DNA of 64,000 nucleotides from an uncultured Chthonomonadaceae bacterium (GCA_963835065.1 CAWIEK010000044.1:128001-192000), one strand, 5' to 3'. Positions 8,812-18,643 are shown, counted from the stretch's first letter. The notes: generated from the letters alone by a model not told the origin. Translations and numbers: made by a program.

Positions 8812-10467
8812 ATGGATACGAATACACCCGTGTACGCGGCGATAGATATTGGAACCAACTCGATTCGGCTGGCGGTTGTGCGGGCTGAAGGCGGCTTGCA
8901 GTTTACCACGCTTGCGCTGCATCGGGAAGTGGTGCGGCTGGGTGAAGGCGAGTTTGAAACCAATCAGATGACGCCCGAAGCCATTGCGCGCGGCGCGCTG
9001 GTGTGCGTAAAGTTTGCGGAAGTCGCCAGAGGTTTCGGGGCGCAGGAAATCGTCGCGTTTGCGACCTCAGCCGTGCGCGAAGCGGAAAACCGCGACGAGT
9101 TTATTCGCCGCGTTCAGGAAGAAGCGAGCGTGGAAGTGCGTGTGATTTCGGGCATGGAAGAAGCGCGGCTTATCTGGCTCGGCGTGAGCAGCGGCATAGA
9201 CCTGGGCGCGCGCAAAGCCGTACTTATTGACATCGGCGGCGGCAGTACGGAAGTGATCGTTGGCGGCGCGCGCAACGCCAATAGAAACGGCGGCAACGCG
9301 GACGGTTCCCTGAGCGCGGCGGAAGCGGACAACTACGAAGTGCTGGAAAGCATGAAACTGGGTTCGATTCGCATGTCCAACCACTTTCCCACCGGGGATG
9401 GCCCGGTCAGCCCGGAATCCTACGCCCGGATGCAGGACCACGTTCGCGCCATTTCCGCGCAGGTCGCGCGCAAGGTGCGCAGCGCGAATTTCGATTTGGC
9501 GATGGGAAGCGCAGGCACAATTGGCGCCCTGGCGGAAGTGGTGGCGCGGTTCAGTCCTGATACCACAACGGTCAGCGGGCGCAACATCACGTTTCGGCTC
9601 AGTGACCTGCGCGACGCGGTACGCATGTTATGCAGGCTGCCACTCGAAGCGCGGCGCAATGTGCCCGGCATGGATGTAAACCGCGCCGACATTATCATTG
9701 GTGGGGCTGCCGTGCTGCAAACCGTGATGGAAGCGTTCGGCGCGGAACGGCTGACAACCAGCGAACGCGGCCTGCGGGACGGAATTCTGCTGGATCATCT
9801 GTTGCGCGGCGATGAGGCGCGGCAGCATTTTCAAAGCCTGTCGGTGCGGCGGCGCAGCATTTTGCAGCTTGCCCGCGCCTGTAACTACGACGCCGAACAC
9901 GCGGAGCATACCTCCTACCTGTGCCTGCGCCTGTTCGATGAACTGGCGAGACTGGGGGCGCACCATTACGGCGACGAGGAGCGGGAACTGCTCAATTACG
10001 CGGCGATTGTTCACGACATCGGCACGTTTTTGTCACATTCCAACCACCAGAAACACGCCTATTACCTCGTGCGCAATTCCGACCTGCTCGGCTTCGACAA
10101 CACGGAAATCAACATCATTGCCAATGTCGCGCTGTACCATCGCAAGGGCTTGCCGAAAAAGAAGCATCCCAACATGGCCGAATTTACCCCTCACGAGCGG
10201 CATGTGGTTGGCGCGTTGGCGGCCATTCTGCGTATTGCGGAGGGAATGGATCGGAGCCACCTGAATCTGGTGCAGGACATTCATCTGGAACGCGCCCACA
10301 ACCCGGAGCAGTATGTACTTACCTTGAACTGCGCTTCCGACTGCCAACTGGAAATATGGGGCACGCAGAACAGCCGGGATTTGTTTGAACTGGTATTTGC
10401 CGCCCCGCTCATAGTTCGCTCGGAAATAGGCAGCGTCACGCCAACGCCCGCCCTCGCGGCAAGGTGA
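8812..10467 (+). CDS. ppx: Ppx/GppA phosphatase with C-terminal HD domain
   Basis: AAIDIGTNS, ATSAVREAEN, IDIGGGSTE, GLRDG, VHDIG. Confidence 0.95.
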   Translation: MDTNTPVYAAIDIGTNSIRLAVVRAEGGLQFTTLALHREVVRLGEGEFETNQMTPEAIARGALVCVKFAEVARGFGAQEIVAFATSAVREAENRDEFIRRVQEEASVEVRVISGMEEARLIWLGVSSGIDLGARKAVLIDIGGGSTEVIVGGARNANRNGGNADGSLSAAEADNYEVLESMKLGSIRMSNHFPTGDGPVSPESYARMQDHVRAISAQVARKVRSANFDLAMGSAGTIGALAEVVARFSPDTTTVSGRNITFRLSDLRDAVRMLCRLPLEARRNVPGMDVNRADIIIGGAAVLQTVMEAFGAERLTTSERGLRDGILLDHLLRGDEARQHFQSLSVRRRSILQLARACNYDAEHAEHTSYLCLRLFDELARLGAHHYGDEERELLNYAAIVHDIGTFLSHSNHQKHAYYLVRNSDLLGFDNTEINIIANVALYHRKGLPKKKHPNMAEFTPHERHVVGALAAILRIAEGMDRSHLNLVQDIHLERAHNPEQYVLTLNCASDCQLEIWGTQNSRDLFELVFAAPLIVRSEIGSVTPTPALAAR

Positions 10468-10498
10468 CAATTCAGAGCCAGCGCATCGAATTCGCCGT

Positions 10499-10531
10499 GT
10501 AGAACCCGGCATATAAAATGCCGGGTTCTAC
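10499..10531. repeat. GTAG-type REP palindrome
   Basis: GTAGAACCCGGCAT-ataaa-ATGCCGGGTTCTAC, perfect 14-bp arms. Confidence 0.75.
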
Positions 10532-10543
10532 GAAACAACAAAA

Positions 10544-10576
10544 GAACCGGGCAGAGGAATTACCTCTGCCCGGTTC
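10544..10576 (-). terminator. Intrinsic terminator between the convergent ppx and RRM genes
   Basis: 14-bp stem GAACCGGGCAGAGG/CCTCTGCCCGGTTC with an A-rich left flank. Confidence 0.75.
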
Positions 10577-10611
10577 CATTTCAGAACGGCTTAAGTGCAA
10601 GCCGCCATGAA

Positions 10612-10974
10612 CTACCAGCGATTGCCGCCGCCGCTGCCGCGATTGTCGCCGCCGCCGTAGCCGCCGCCACCACCACTGCTGCGTCCGCCGCCACCGCCGT
10701 AGCCACCGCCGCCACTGGAGCGATCTTCACGGGGCTTGGCTTCGTTGACCGTCAGAGTCCGTCCGCCCATCTGCGTGCCGTTGAGGGCGTTGATGGCCGA
10801 TTGAGATTCCGCGTCGGTGGACATTTCCACAAAGCCGAAGCCTTTGGCCTGGCCCGTGTACTTGTCGGTCACGAGGGTCACGGAGGAAACGGTGCCGGAC
10901 GGGGTGAACAGGTTCTGCAGGTCTTGTTCGGTCGCGGTGTAGGGCAGTCCGCCCACATAAATACGTGTTGCCAT
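10612..10974 (-). CDS. RRM RNA-binding protein with Gly-rich tail
   Basis: IYVGGL (RNP2), KGFGFVEM (RNP1). Confidence 0.96.
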   Translation of the reverse strand: MATRIYVGGLPYTATEQDLQNLFTPSGTVSSVTLVTDKYTGQAKGFGFVEMSTDAESQSAINALNGTQMGGRTLTVNEAKPREDRSSGGGGYGGGGGRSSGGGGGYGGGDNRGSGGGNRW

Positions 10975-11254
10975 TTGGGGTATTCCTATTTCTCTTTCCC
11001 GCCGGAACCTTCTGGCGAAATGTTCGCCCGAAACGCGCCATAGGGAAAAGGCTGGATGCCATGCGGGACCGAAGCCCCGGCGACATCAAAAAGTGGATGA
11101 AGCCTGTCAAGCGGTTAAGCAATCTTCACCATCTAGAAACGAGCGTCAGGAAAGAGAGAAGGAGCCGGAAGAATGGTCAACGGAGGAACGGAATAAAACC
11201 GCTTCGGAGCGACATAGATCGGGATGCAATCAAAATTTTTCGTGTCGTCGTGTA

Positions 11255-11292
11255 GACAATAGTATTGTCGCACAGAAAAGTGCAGTTGTCAA
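11255..11292 (-). promoter_or_regulatory. Putative sigma70 promoter of the RRM gene with an overlapping palindrome
   Basis: TTGACA-17 bp-GACAAT with an extended TG; inverted repeat GACAAT-agt-ATTGTC at 11255-11269. Confidence 0.5.
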
Positions 11293-11390
11293 CACTTATT
11301 TTCAGGTATTTTCAGCGGGGCCTGCATACAAATCGGCGCGAACGCTGTCAATATGAACAGAATCTACAGCGTTCGCGCAAAAAGCAAGAA

Positions 11391-11582
11391 TTACTTCTTA
11401 TCGTCAATGGCGTTCTTGACGGCTTCTTTCACTTTGCCGAAGCCTTCCTGAATCGCGCCCTCGGCCTGCTTCAGTTTGCCTTTCGCCTCCGTTTCGGGGC
11501 TGTCGGCAACGACGCCGACAACATTCTGCGCTTTGCCTTCGACCTGCTTGATTTTGCCTTCAACCACATCTTCGTTCGCCAT
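11391..11582 (-). CDS. CsbD family stress protein
   Basis: EGKIKQVEGKAQ...EAKGKLKQAEGAIQEGFGKVKE. Confidence 0.9.
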   Translation of the reverse strand: MANEDVVEGKIKQVEGKAQNVVGVVADSPETEAKGKLKQAEGAIQEGFGKVKEAVKNAIDDKK

Positions 11583-11721
11583 AACTGTTGTTCCCTTCTG
11601 CCGCGAAAAGCGACCAATTACCTGCCGGTACGACATTCGATGCAGCCGCATTTGTTCCCGACAATTAGGCGGATCGGGCGGGCAGTTCCTGAAAAGGCCA
11701 GTCCTCCATTTCAAATGATAA

Positions 11722-14700
11722 TCACGCCAATGCTAACTCGGTGAGCAGCGCCTTTGCCTCCTGCATGTCGGCCTCCTCAAAACCCTCCGTAAACTGCTCG
11801 TAAACGCCCGTGAGGAGCGCGCGGGCTTCGGCCTGTTTTCCTTGCTCCTGCCACAGTCGGCTCAGACTGATGGCTCCGCGCAATTCCAATGCCAGCGCGG
11901 TTTGCTTTCGGGCGCTTTCCAGGGCGCGGAGGAAACAGGCTTCTGCCTCCTCTGCCTGCTCTGCATCAGACGCAGGCAGTCGCCGCAGGCAGTCGCCTTT
12001 CAATCGGTATAGTTCCGCTTCCCACCAACATTCCCCCGTTGCCGCAACCGCGTTCAGCGCGGCTTCCAGGAGTTCCAGCGCTTCGGGCAACTGCTGAGTT
12101 TTAACAAGCGCCTGCGCGCGCAGCGCCAAATAGTGCGGCTGCATCAGCAACGCGCCCGTAAATTGCCAGGCCGCAAACCCCTGCGCCATCTGCGCCAGTC
12201 CCTTTTCGAACTGGCCTTGCGCCATTTCCGCCCATCCTGCATACGTATGCCCTCCCGCCAGCCAGAAAGGAAAGCCCTGTTCGCTTGCAAGGCGTACCGT
12301 TTCCTCGCCGTAACTTTGTGCCAGGGGCGCGTCCTGCTGGAACTCGTAGAGAGCCGCCGCAAAGTCAAGCGCGAAAGCCAGGCTATGCAGATGGTTCACT
12401 TCCCGCGCAAGTTCCAGCGCGGCTTTTATCTGTTTGCGCGCCTGCTCGGAATGTCCCGACAGCCAGAGCGTCCAGGCCAGATGGCACAAGCACAGTACGC
12501 CGATGTCCTGACCATAAAGCGCGGCCTGCGCGCCGTGCTGCCGAACATCATACTGCCGCAGCCCCTCCTGCAAATACGCCTGCGCGTCGTTTAATTCGCC
12601 CAGGCAAGTCAATGTCGCTCCCATGGCTCCCTGCGCCGTGACGGTCATGAGCAAGTCCTGCGCTTCCTGTGCCAGCAGCAGCAAACGCTCTGCAATCTCC
12701 CGCGCTTGCGCCAACTCCGCGCGCACTTGGTAGAACAGCCACAGGCCCCACAGCGCGGAAAACAGTTGCGGCGTGTTTCCCGCCTGTTCGCACAAATCCC
12801 GCGCTCTGGAGTAACTGGATTGAACTTCCGAAGCGGCATAACCCCGCGTCATTACAAGGGCGGTTCCGAGCAGAATATGCAGATGCAGTTCCTGTTCGGA
12901 TCGCTCGGCATTTTGTGGAAGTTCTCGGCACAACTGCAAGGCTTTATGGAGGTGAACCACGGCTTCCGCGTTGGCCGCGCGCTGCATGGCCCGTTCGCCC
13001 GCGCGCTGCCAGTGAACCAGGGCGGCGTGTTTTTGGTTTGCTGCCGTGTAGTGGTGCGCCAGCAATTCCGGCTGCGCGGCAACGACCTCGGCAAAGCGCT
13101 CTTCCAATACCTGCGCGATGCGCTGATGGTAACGCTGCCTTGTGCTTTTCAGCAGGGAGTCATAAGCGGCATTCTGAATCAGGGCGTGCTTGAAAACATG
13201 CCTTGATTTTGGATACACGCCCCGTTGATAAACCACTTCCACGGAGGACAACTGCCGTAAATGGCTGCGCAGGATTTCTTCATTCACGGGAGCAATGGCT
13301 TCAATGAGTTCAAAGGGGAACTCTCGCCCCAGCGTCGCTCCCAACTGCGCCGTTTCTTTTACCAACCCCAGACGATCCAGGCGAGCCATCAGCGCGTCCT
13401 TCAGCGTGACGGGAATTGTCAAGGCCGCGAGAGTATCCGTCAGCGCCTCCCCCTCGCGCTGTCCCTCGAACAGCCCGGCCTCAAGCACACTGCGCGTCAA
13501 CTCCTCGATAAAAAGCGGCACTCCATCCGATTTATCCGCCAGATGCTGCAGCACCGCATCGGGAAGCGTTCTGCCGCCCGCTAAACTTTGTATCAACGTC
13601 TTGGTGTGGTCCAGCGTCAGATTATCCAGCGTAATCTGAGCAAGATGGGGGCGCGGAGTCCACGCCGGGATAAACGCAGGGCGGAACGTCAGCACGAGGC
13701 AGATTTGCGGCATGACGCCTTGCTCGACAATATGGTCCAGCAATTCCAGCGTGGAAGGGTCTGCCCACTGCAAATCTTCCACAACCAGCAGCACGGGCTT
13801 GTTCGCTGCCATAGACAGCAAGAGGGCCGCCAAACATTCCTGGAGTTTCTGCTTTTGCCGCAACGGGGAAAGATTTAATTCGATGTAGCGTTCCTGTAAG
13901 GGAACCGACAACAGCGACGCCAGCAGCGGCACGGCTTCCGGCAGGGAAAGATTGCACCTTTGTACCAGCGCCTCAATTCTGGACAGCCTTTCGGCGGGAT
14001 TATCCGTCAGGCGCAGGTCCAATTTGCGCTGGAGCAGATCAATCACGGGATACAAAGCGCTGGATTGGTAATAAGGCGAACACCGGCATTCCCACTGAAA
14101 ATGAGGTTCCTCGGAAATTTGGACCCGAAATGCCTGGAGCAGGCGCGATTTTCCATGTCCCGCTTCCGCGCACAAGAGGGTTACGCGCCCCACTCCCCTT
14201 TGTACATGTTCCCAACTCTCCAGCAACTGCTTTAATTCCGCTTCGCGCCCGATGAGAGGTCCGGTTTCCGCAGGCAGGAGCGTTTCTTCGATGGAGTGTG
14301 CCGGCTCCAGCACATGAAAAACTTCGGTTGTTCGAGAGACGCCTTTGAAATGCCGCATCCCCAGGGATTGCAGCCGAAAATTACTTTTCACCAGCGCGTA
14401 GGTCGCGTCGCTGATAACCACCGTATCCGGTTCCGCGTCGCCCTGTAAGCGCGCGGCGATATTGGGCGTTTCGCCCACGATGGCGGATTGCTCACGTGTC
14501 TGCCCACTGCCCATCTCCCCGGCCACCACTAGTCCGGTATGAATTCCCAAACGCACACCCAAGGTGACGCCCACCTGCTGCTGAAGGCGCGCGTTCAAGA
14601 CGGACATCCCGGCAACAATATCCAATCCGGTATGTACCGCCCGCTGCGCGTCGTCTTCATGCGCTTCAGGAAAACCAAAGTAGATTAAGATGCCATCGCC

Positions 14701-15105
14701 GATATATTTGGCAATGTACCCTCCATATTTTTGAACGACGTCCGCGCAAACTTTCTGATAAGCCCGTATCACGTCGCGCAAATCTTCCGGGTCGAACCGC
14801 TCTGCCAACGGCGTTGACCCAACCAGGTCACAAAACATGACCGTCAGTTGGCGGCGCTCCGCTTCGGGAGTCGGCGAACTTCCGGGTCGGGCAACGGCCT
14901 CAGCAGGCGAGGGCGCTTTCACTTCCGGCGTCGCTCCCACATCACGATTCGGCGGCGTAAGCGCAAAGCCACATTCCGAGCAGAAGCGATAGGCGGGCGG
15001 ATTGGGATTGGCGCACCGGGAACAAATTTTCAGAAGCGTTGCGCCGCACTCGCCGCAGAACTTCATGCTTTCGGGCATATCCGTTTGACAATTTGAACAT
15101 AACAT
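11722..15105 (-). CDS. Double zinc ribbon + class III adenylate/guanylate cyclase + AAA (STAND) ATPase + TPR-like protein
   Basis: Four CxxC; MFCDLVGST, GDG, RLGIHTG, GETPNIAARLQ; Walker A AEAGHGKS; Walker B VVEDLQWAD. Confidence 0.93.
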   Translation of the reverse strand: MLCSNCQTDMPESMKFCGECGATLLKICSRCANPNPPAYRFCSECGFALTPPNRDVGATPEVKAPSPAEAVARPGSSPTPEAERRQLTVMFCDLVGSTPLAERFDPEDLRDVIRAYQKVCADVVQKYGGYIAKYIGDGILIYFGFPEAHEDDAQRAVHTGLDIVAGMSVLNARLQQQVGVTLGVRLGIHTGLVVAGEMGSGQTREQSAIVGETPNIAARLQGDAEPDTVVISDATYALVKSNFRLQSLGMRHFKGVSRTTEVFHVLEPAHSIEETLLPAETGPLIGREAELKQLLESWEHVQRGVGRVTLLCAEAGHGKSRLLQAFRVQISEEPHFQWECRCSPYYQSSALYPVIDLLQRKLDLRLTDNPAERLSRIEALVQRCNLSLPEAVPLLASLLSVPLQERYIELNLSPLRQKQKLQECLAALLLSMAANKPVLLVVEDLQWADPSTLELLDHIVEQGVMPQICLVLTFRPAFIPAWTPRPHLAQITLDNLTLDHTKTLIQSLAGGRTLPDAVLQHLADKSDGVPLFIEELTRSVLEAGLFEGQREGEALTDTLAALTIPVTLKDALMARLDRLGLVKETAQLGATLGREFPFELIEAIAPVNEEILRSHLRQLSSVEVVYQRGVYPKSRHVFKHALIQNAAYDSLLKSTRQRYHQRIAQVLEERFAEVVAAQPELLAHHYTAANQKHAALVHWQRAGERAMQRAANAEAVVHLHKALQLCRELPQNAERSEQELHLHILLGTALVMTRGYAASEVQSSYSRARDLCEQAGNTPQLFSALWGLWLFYQVRAELAQAREIAERLLLLAQEAQDLLMTVTAQGAMGATLTCLGELNDAQAYLQEGLRQYDVRQHGAQAALYGQDIGVLCLCHLAWTLWLSGHSEQARKQIKAALELAREVNHLHSLAFALDFAAALYEFQQDAPLAQSYGEETVRLASEQGFPFWLAGGHTYAGWAEMAQGQFEKGLAQMAQGFAAWQFTGALLMQPHYLALRAQALVKTQQLPEALELLEAALNAVAATGECWWEAELYRLKGDCLRRLPASDAEQAEEAEACFLRALESARKQTALALELRGAISLSRLWQEQGKQAEARALLTGVYEQFTEGFEEADMQEAKALLTELALA

Positions 15106-15168
15106 CCCTGTCACTACCTTTTCGTATATGTTGCCCGTAGGACCGCCTTCAACTCTTGATAGGCGCAT

Positions 15169-16382
15169 TTAATTTCCAAGCGGCCCCTCCGGGACGCGCC
15201 CGGCGCGTATCTCCGCAATCTGCTCTGGCGTAAATGGCAGGTTGTACATCGTAGCCTTCTGTTGACGGGATCGAAACAGGCCAATGATGTAGTCCATCCG
15301 CTGTTTCAGAACGGCCCAGTCGGTGCTTCCCGGCGGGGGCAATTGATCCTGGTGTTCAGGATCCCAGGGGGTATAGTGTTCGCTCATGAACACGACGACA
15401 TCAGGATTTTTCAGATTCTCCAGATCACGCGGATAAAGGTTTATTCCATTCATTGCGGCCAAATGACTGCCAAGATCGAGAACCTCATCGGCAATCTTGA
15501 GCGTCATCATGTGGCGCGTAGCCTCGGAGCGCCATATATCCTCCGCCTCCGTCAGAAGCGGATTGAACATCTTGATAAGGTCATCTTCCAAATGTTTATG
15601 GCTTCCAGGTATAAAGCGTTGCACTGTTTCGCGTATACGCGCTCCCAGCGTGTCTTTAATCGGAGCGTTCAACGCGGACTCAATCTGAGGCTAAGCCGCT
15701 TCTGCTCGTGCAGGCCGACCAGCGTGTTCGCCAAGAGAATGCGCTCGGCTTTCTGCTTTTGTTCCAGCTCATAAATGGCGTAGATATAGTGAGAAAAGGC
15801 CTGGCGCAGTAAATCCTGTCCATCTTTCTCCTCAACGCTTCCAGGCCTGAAGCCCTTCAGGAACGCATCGTGTTGATCTGCGTCGAATGTGGCTGCGCCC
15901 TCAAACGTGGTTATCAGGCGCTCAAAGTGAGGAGCCAACTCTTCAAACACCTTGAGATTGCCGTTCGCAATGTGCTTGCTGACATCCCCGGCAGTGTGTT
16001 CGATATGTTTGCCGAGAGTGGTATGTTTGATGGTGATAATGATTCCGTCCAGAAATGGAAGCAGGAGTCTTTCTTCAAAAGATTCCAGAGGATCGGGGTT
16101 CATTCGGAGCAGCGCGCGTTCCAGGCGCGCGTCTTGGTCCCAACGGTCGCGCAGGAATTTGGGAAATTCTTCGTTGCGAATGGTGACGCCCGCCTGCCGT
16201 GACGCCCAGGTGGCAAAGGTACACCAGTTGATGTTGGGGTTTTGAAGGAGCGCTCTTACTCCATGTGAGAGCAGATGATAGCTGTACGTAATCTTCAAAT
16301 TACGCAGAACCGGCTCCGGCAGCGCGCAAGTTTGGGCAATGTCTTCTACGGAAGGGATCGTTTGAGAAATCTGTGCATCCAT
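15169..16382 (-). CDS. Hypothetical protein of about 400 aa, split by a 1-nt frameshift near 15690
   Basis: GAGGT RBS before ATG 16382; adding one C gives continuous ...GLHEQKRLQPQIESALNAP...; motif RNLKITYSY..NWCTFATWAS. Confidence 0.8.
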
Positions 16383-16625
16383 GTGCTTTACCTCACGACG
16401 GTTTGATAGGTACAAAAACATTCTAATGTTTCGCCGACAGCCGTAAATATACCTGCCTGGATACGTATTTTTTGCGTTCAAGTTTGATTTATGAAAAAGT
16501 AATGTTTCAGAAGGAAGTTGCCGCAGCCGAATCGAACCTTACTCAGGTGTTCTTGCTTTGACTGCCTGCCCTCTCGACACCAAGGCGAACGCTCAGAACC
16601 ATGTCTGAACACAGCCATGCCAGAC

Positions 16626-16744
16626 ACTACACTGCGGCGTAAATACGCCTACGGTAGCCGAGTCGTGAACGACCCGTCTCATGGGCCTGCGGCCAGCCGG
16701 TCTGCGACCGGAGAACCATTGGTCTATTTACGCCGAGGTGTAGT
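16626..16744. mobile_element. MITE-like element with 20-bp terminal inverted repeats
   Basis: ACTACACTGCGGCGTAAATA (16626-16645) versus TATTTACGCCGAGGTGTAGT (16725-16744), 18/20 complementary. Confidence 0.55.
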
Positions 16745-16778
16745 ACATTCCATCCATTGCCACGCCTTAAACATCAAC

Positions 16779-17585
16779 ATGCCAAACAACCCAACGCCCA
16801 AGCCCCCTAATCCTCAACCCGGGCGTCCACCCGCAGGGAAGGACACAACGCTCAACCGCTTCAACCAGCCTATCGGCTTTGCGGTTCCCGATTGGCAGCC
16901 GCCACCCCTGCCCTCGCGGGAACCGATGAGCGGGCGCTTCTGCCGCGTGGAAGCATTGGAACCGGAGCGCCATGCCCGCTCGCTTTTCGACGCCAACGCG
17001 CTGGATATGGAGGGGCGTAACTGGACCTACCTGTTTTCAGAGCCGTTTGCCGATTTCGACAGTTACTATGCGTGGCTGACCAAAGCGGCGGCGGAAACAG
17101 ACCCACTTGTTTACGCTATTGTGGACAACGCGCTGGAACGAGCCGTCGGCGTTGCCAGTTACCTGCGCATTGCGCCACAGCACGGTTCCATAGAAGTCGG
17201 CGGCATCAACTTTTCGCCCCTGCTCCAGCAAAAACCGGCGGCAACCGAGGCCATGTATCTGATGATGCAGCAGGCGTTTGCGCAGGGCTATCGGCGTTAC
17301 GAGTGGAAGTGCGACGCGCTCAACGCGCCATCCCGCCGCGCGGCGCAGCGCCTGGGGTTCTCCTTTGAAGGTATCTTCCGGCAGGCATTGGTATACAAAG
17401 GCCGCAACCGCGATACCGCCTGGTTTGCCGTGATGGATTGGGAGTGGCCGCAATTGCAGGCGGCATTTGAAACTTGGCTCGATCCCGCCAATTTCGATAA
17501 TGCGGGCAGGCAAAAAATCGCGCTGTCTGCTTTAACAGCCCCGCTTCTGAAGGCAAAGGATGTTCCCGCTTCCTTGTTACCTTAG
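16779..17585 (+). CDS. GNAT family N-acetyltransferase (RimJ/RimL-like)
   Basis: GYRRYEWKCDALNAPSRRAAQRLGFSFEGIFRQ...GRNRDTAW; start uncertain. Confidence 0.92.
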   Translation: MPNNPTPKPPNPQPGRPPAGKDTTLNRFNQPIGFAVPDWQPPPLPSREPMSGRFCRVEALEPERHARSLFDANALDMEGRNWTYLFSEPFADFDSYYAWLTKAAAETDPLVYAIVDNALERAVGVASYLRIAPQHGSIEVGGINFSPLLQQKPAATEAMYLMMQQAFAQGYRRYEWKCDALNAPSRRAAQRLGFSFEGIFRQALVYKGRNRDTAWFAVMDWEWPQLQAAFETWLDPANFDNAGRQKIALSALTAPLLKAKDVPASLLP

Positions 17586-17607
17586 CGGCGCAATTCAGCA
17601 ATGGCTT

Positions 17608-17949
17608 TCAGGCCACGGCAAACTCGGTAAGATAGCGCAGTTCTGGTGGATTGAACGCAAGGACAATATCTTCTTTAGGCACCCCCGCTTCCATGAGGTC
17701 TATTGTAATGCCTTCCTCCGTCCAATCCTCCTCCACCCAGATTTTGCCGTCTTTAATGCGGACGTGCAGCGTGGTATAGTTATTTCGCTTACCTTTCTCC
17801 CAGCCAACCGTAAGCAAGAGGTACTGGTCTGTTTGCTCATCCAAAATGCAAAAGGTTTCCAATCCCTGCACGGGCTGTTCCCACATCAGTTTGGCATGTT
17901 CCATGAGATACTGCTTGATTCGTTGGCGGTAACACGTTATTCTATCCAT
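17608..17949 (-). CDS. xisI: XisI family protein
   Basis: LHVRIKDGKIWVEEDWTEEGI..LMEAGVPKEDIVLAF. Confidence 0.93.
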   Translation of the reverse strand: MDRITCYRQRIKQYLMEHAKLMWEQPVQGLETFCILDEQTDQYLLLTVGWEKGKRNNYTTLHVRIKDGKIWVEEDWTEEGITIDLMEAGVPKEDIVLAFNPPELRYLTEFAVA

Positions 17950-18353
17950 TGGATAACCTCCTCTTGTTCCACGTTCACAACCACAAGGCGAATATGATGT
18001 TTTTGCACAATAAGTTGAAAGGATGCGCGTTGGAATCGCTTTGTATATACCGTGTCACTGATTGCGAGATACAACCGCTCCTGCGGGGCAACCTCCTCCA
18101 GCAATGTGCGGTACACTTCATATTGGCCGAGAGCAGTCTCAAGTGAGTGAGCCGCAGATGGGTCAAGAAAGCTTTTGATTTCAATGACGAGGGCACGGAT
18201 GCTGGCGTTTTCACCTTCCGCTCTTTCAACACGCAGGTCAGCATAAACATCTATATCTACGTAGTGAATGCGAAACGGGTCGTCCGTGATAGTCCATCCA
18301 TCTTTGACAAGCGCGTTACGAACCGCATCATGAATTGTGTCTTTACTCGGCAT
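17937..18353 (-). CDS. xisH: XisH family protein (PD-(D/E)xK-like)
   Basis: KDTIHDAVRNALVKDGWTITDDP; EIKSF; ALGQY; overlaps xisI. Confidence 0.93.
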   Translation of the reverse strand: MPSKDTIHDAVRNALVKDGWTITDDPFRIHYVDIDVYADLRVERAEGENASIRALVIEIKSFLDPSAAHSLETALGQYEVYRTLLEEVAPQERLYLAISDTVYTKRFQRASFQLIVQKHHIRLVVVNVEQEEVIQWIE

Positions 18354-18613
18354 TGTATCCTCCCTGTGCTAAATTCACCATTGGCGGCGATGTTCCTTCT
18401 AAACTGAGTTCATCTCCATTAATAATTGTGGGTAGGCGTACAGGCACAACTTTGCTGTTACAAAATTACCCAAACGGCGGCTATTTAAGGTATACTGTGC
18501 GGGTTGACGGCGTAGCCACAGCCGTCTTTTGTGTTGTGTGTCTTTCGATGGAGGCGAAAACAGGTGCTTCGCGTTTATCGGGGCGCGTCACGGCAACATG
18601 GCAACGCGAAACA

Positions 18614-18643
18614 TTGACAATCGAATCGGGCGTCTGATACAAT
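18614..18643 (+). promoter_or_regulatory. sigma70 promoter for the recG operon
   Basis: TTGACA-18 bp-TACAAT with an extended TG. Confidence 0.65.

Noticed and set aside
8649..8963. N-terminal extension of TnpB in the ORF track, or a tnpA remnant
   Set aside because: It overlaps ppx and the left-end hairpin; TnpB similarity starts at MLKAF; no HUH motif seen.
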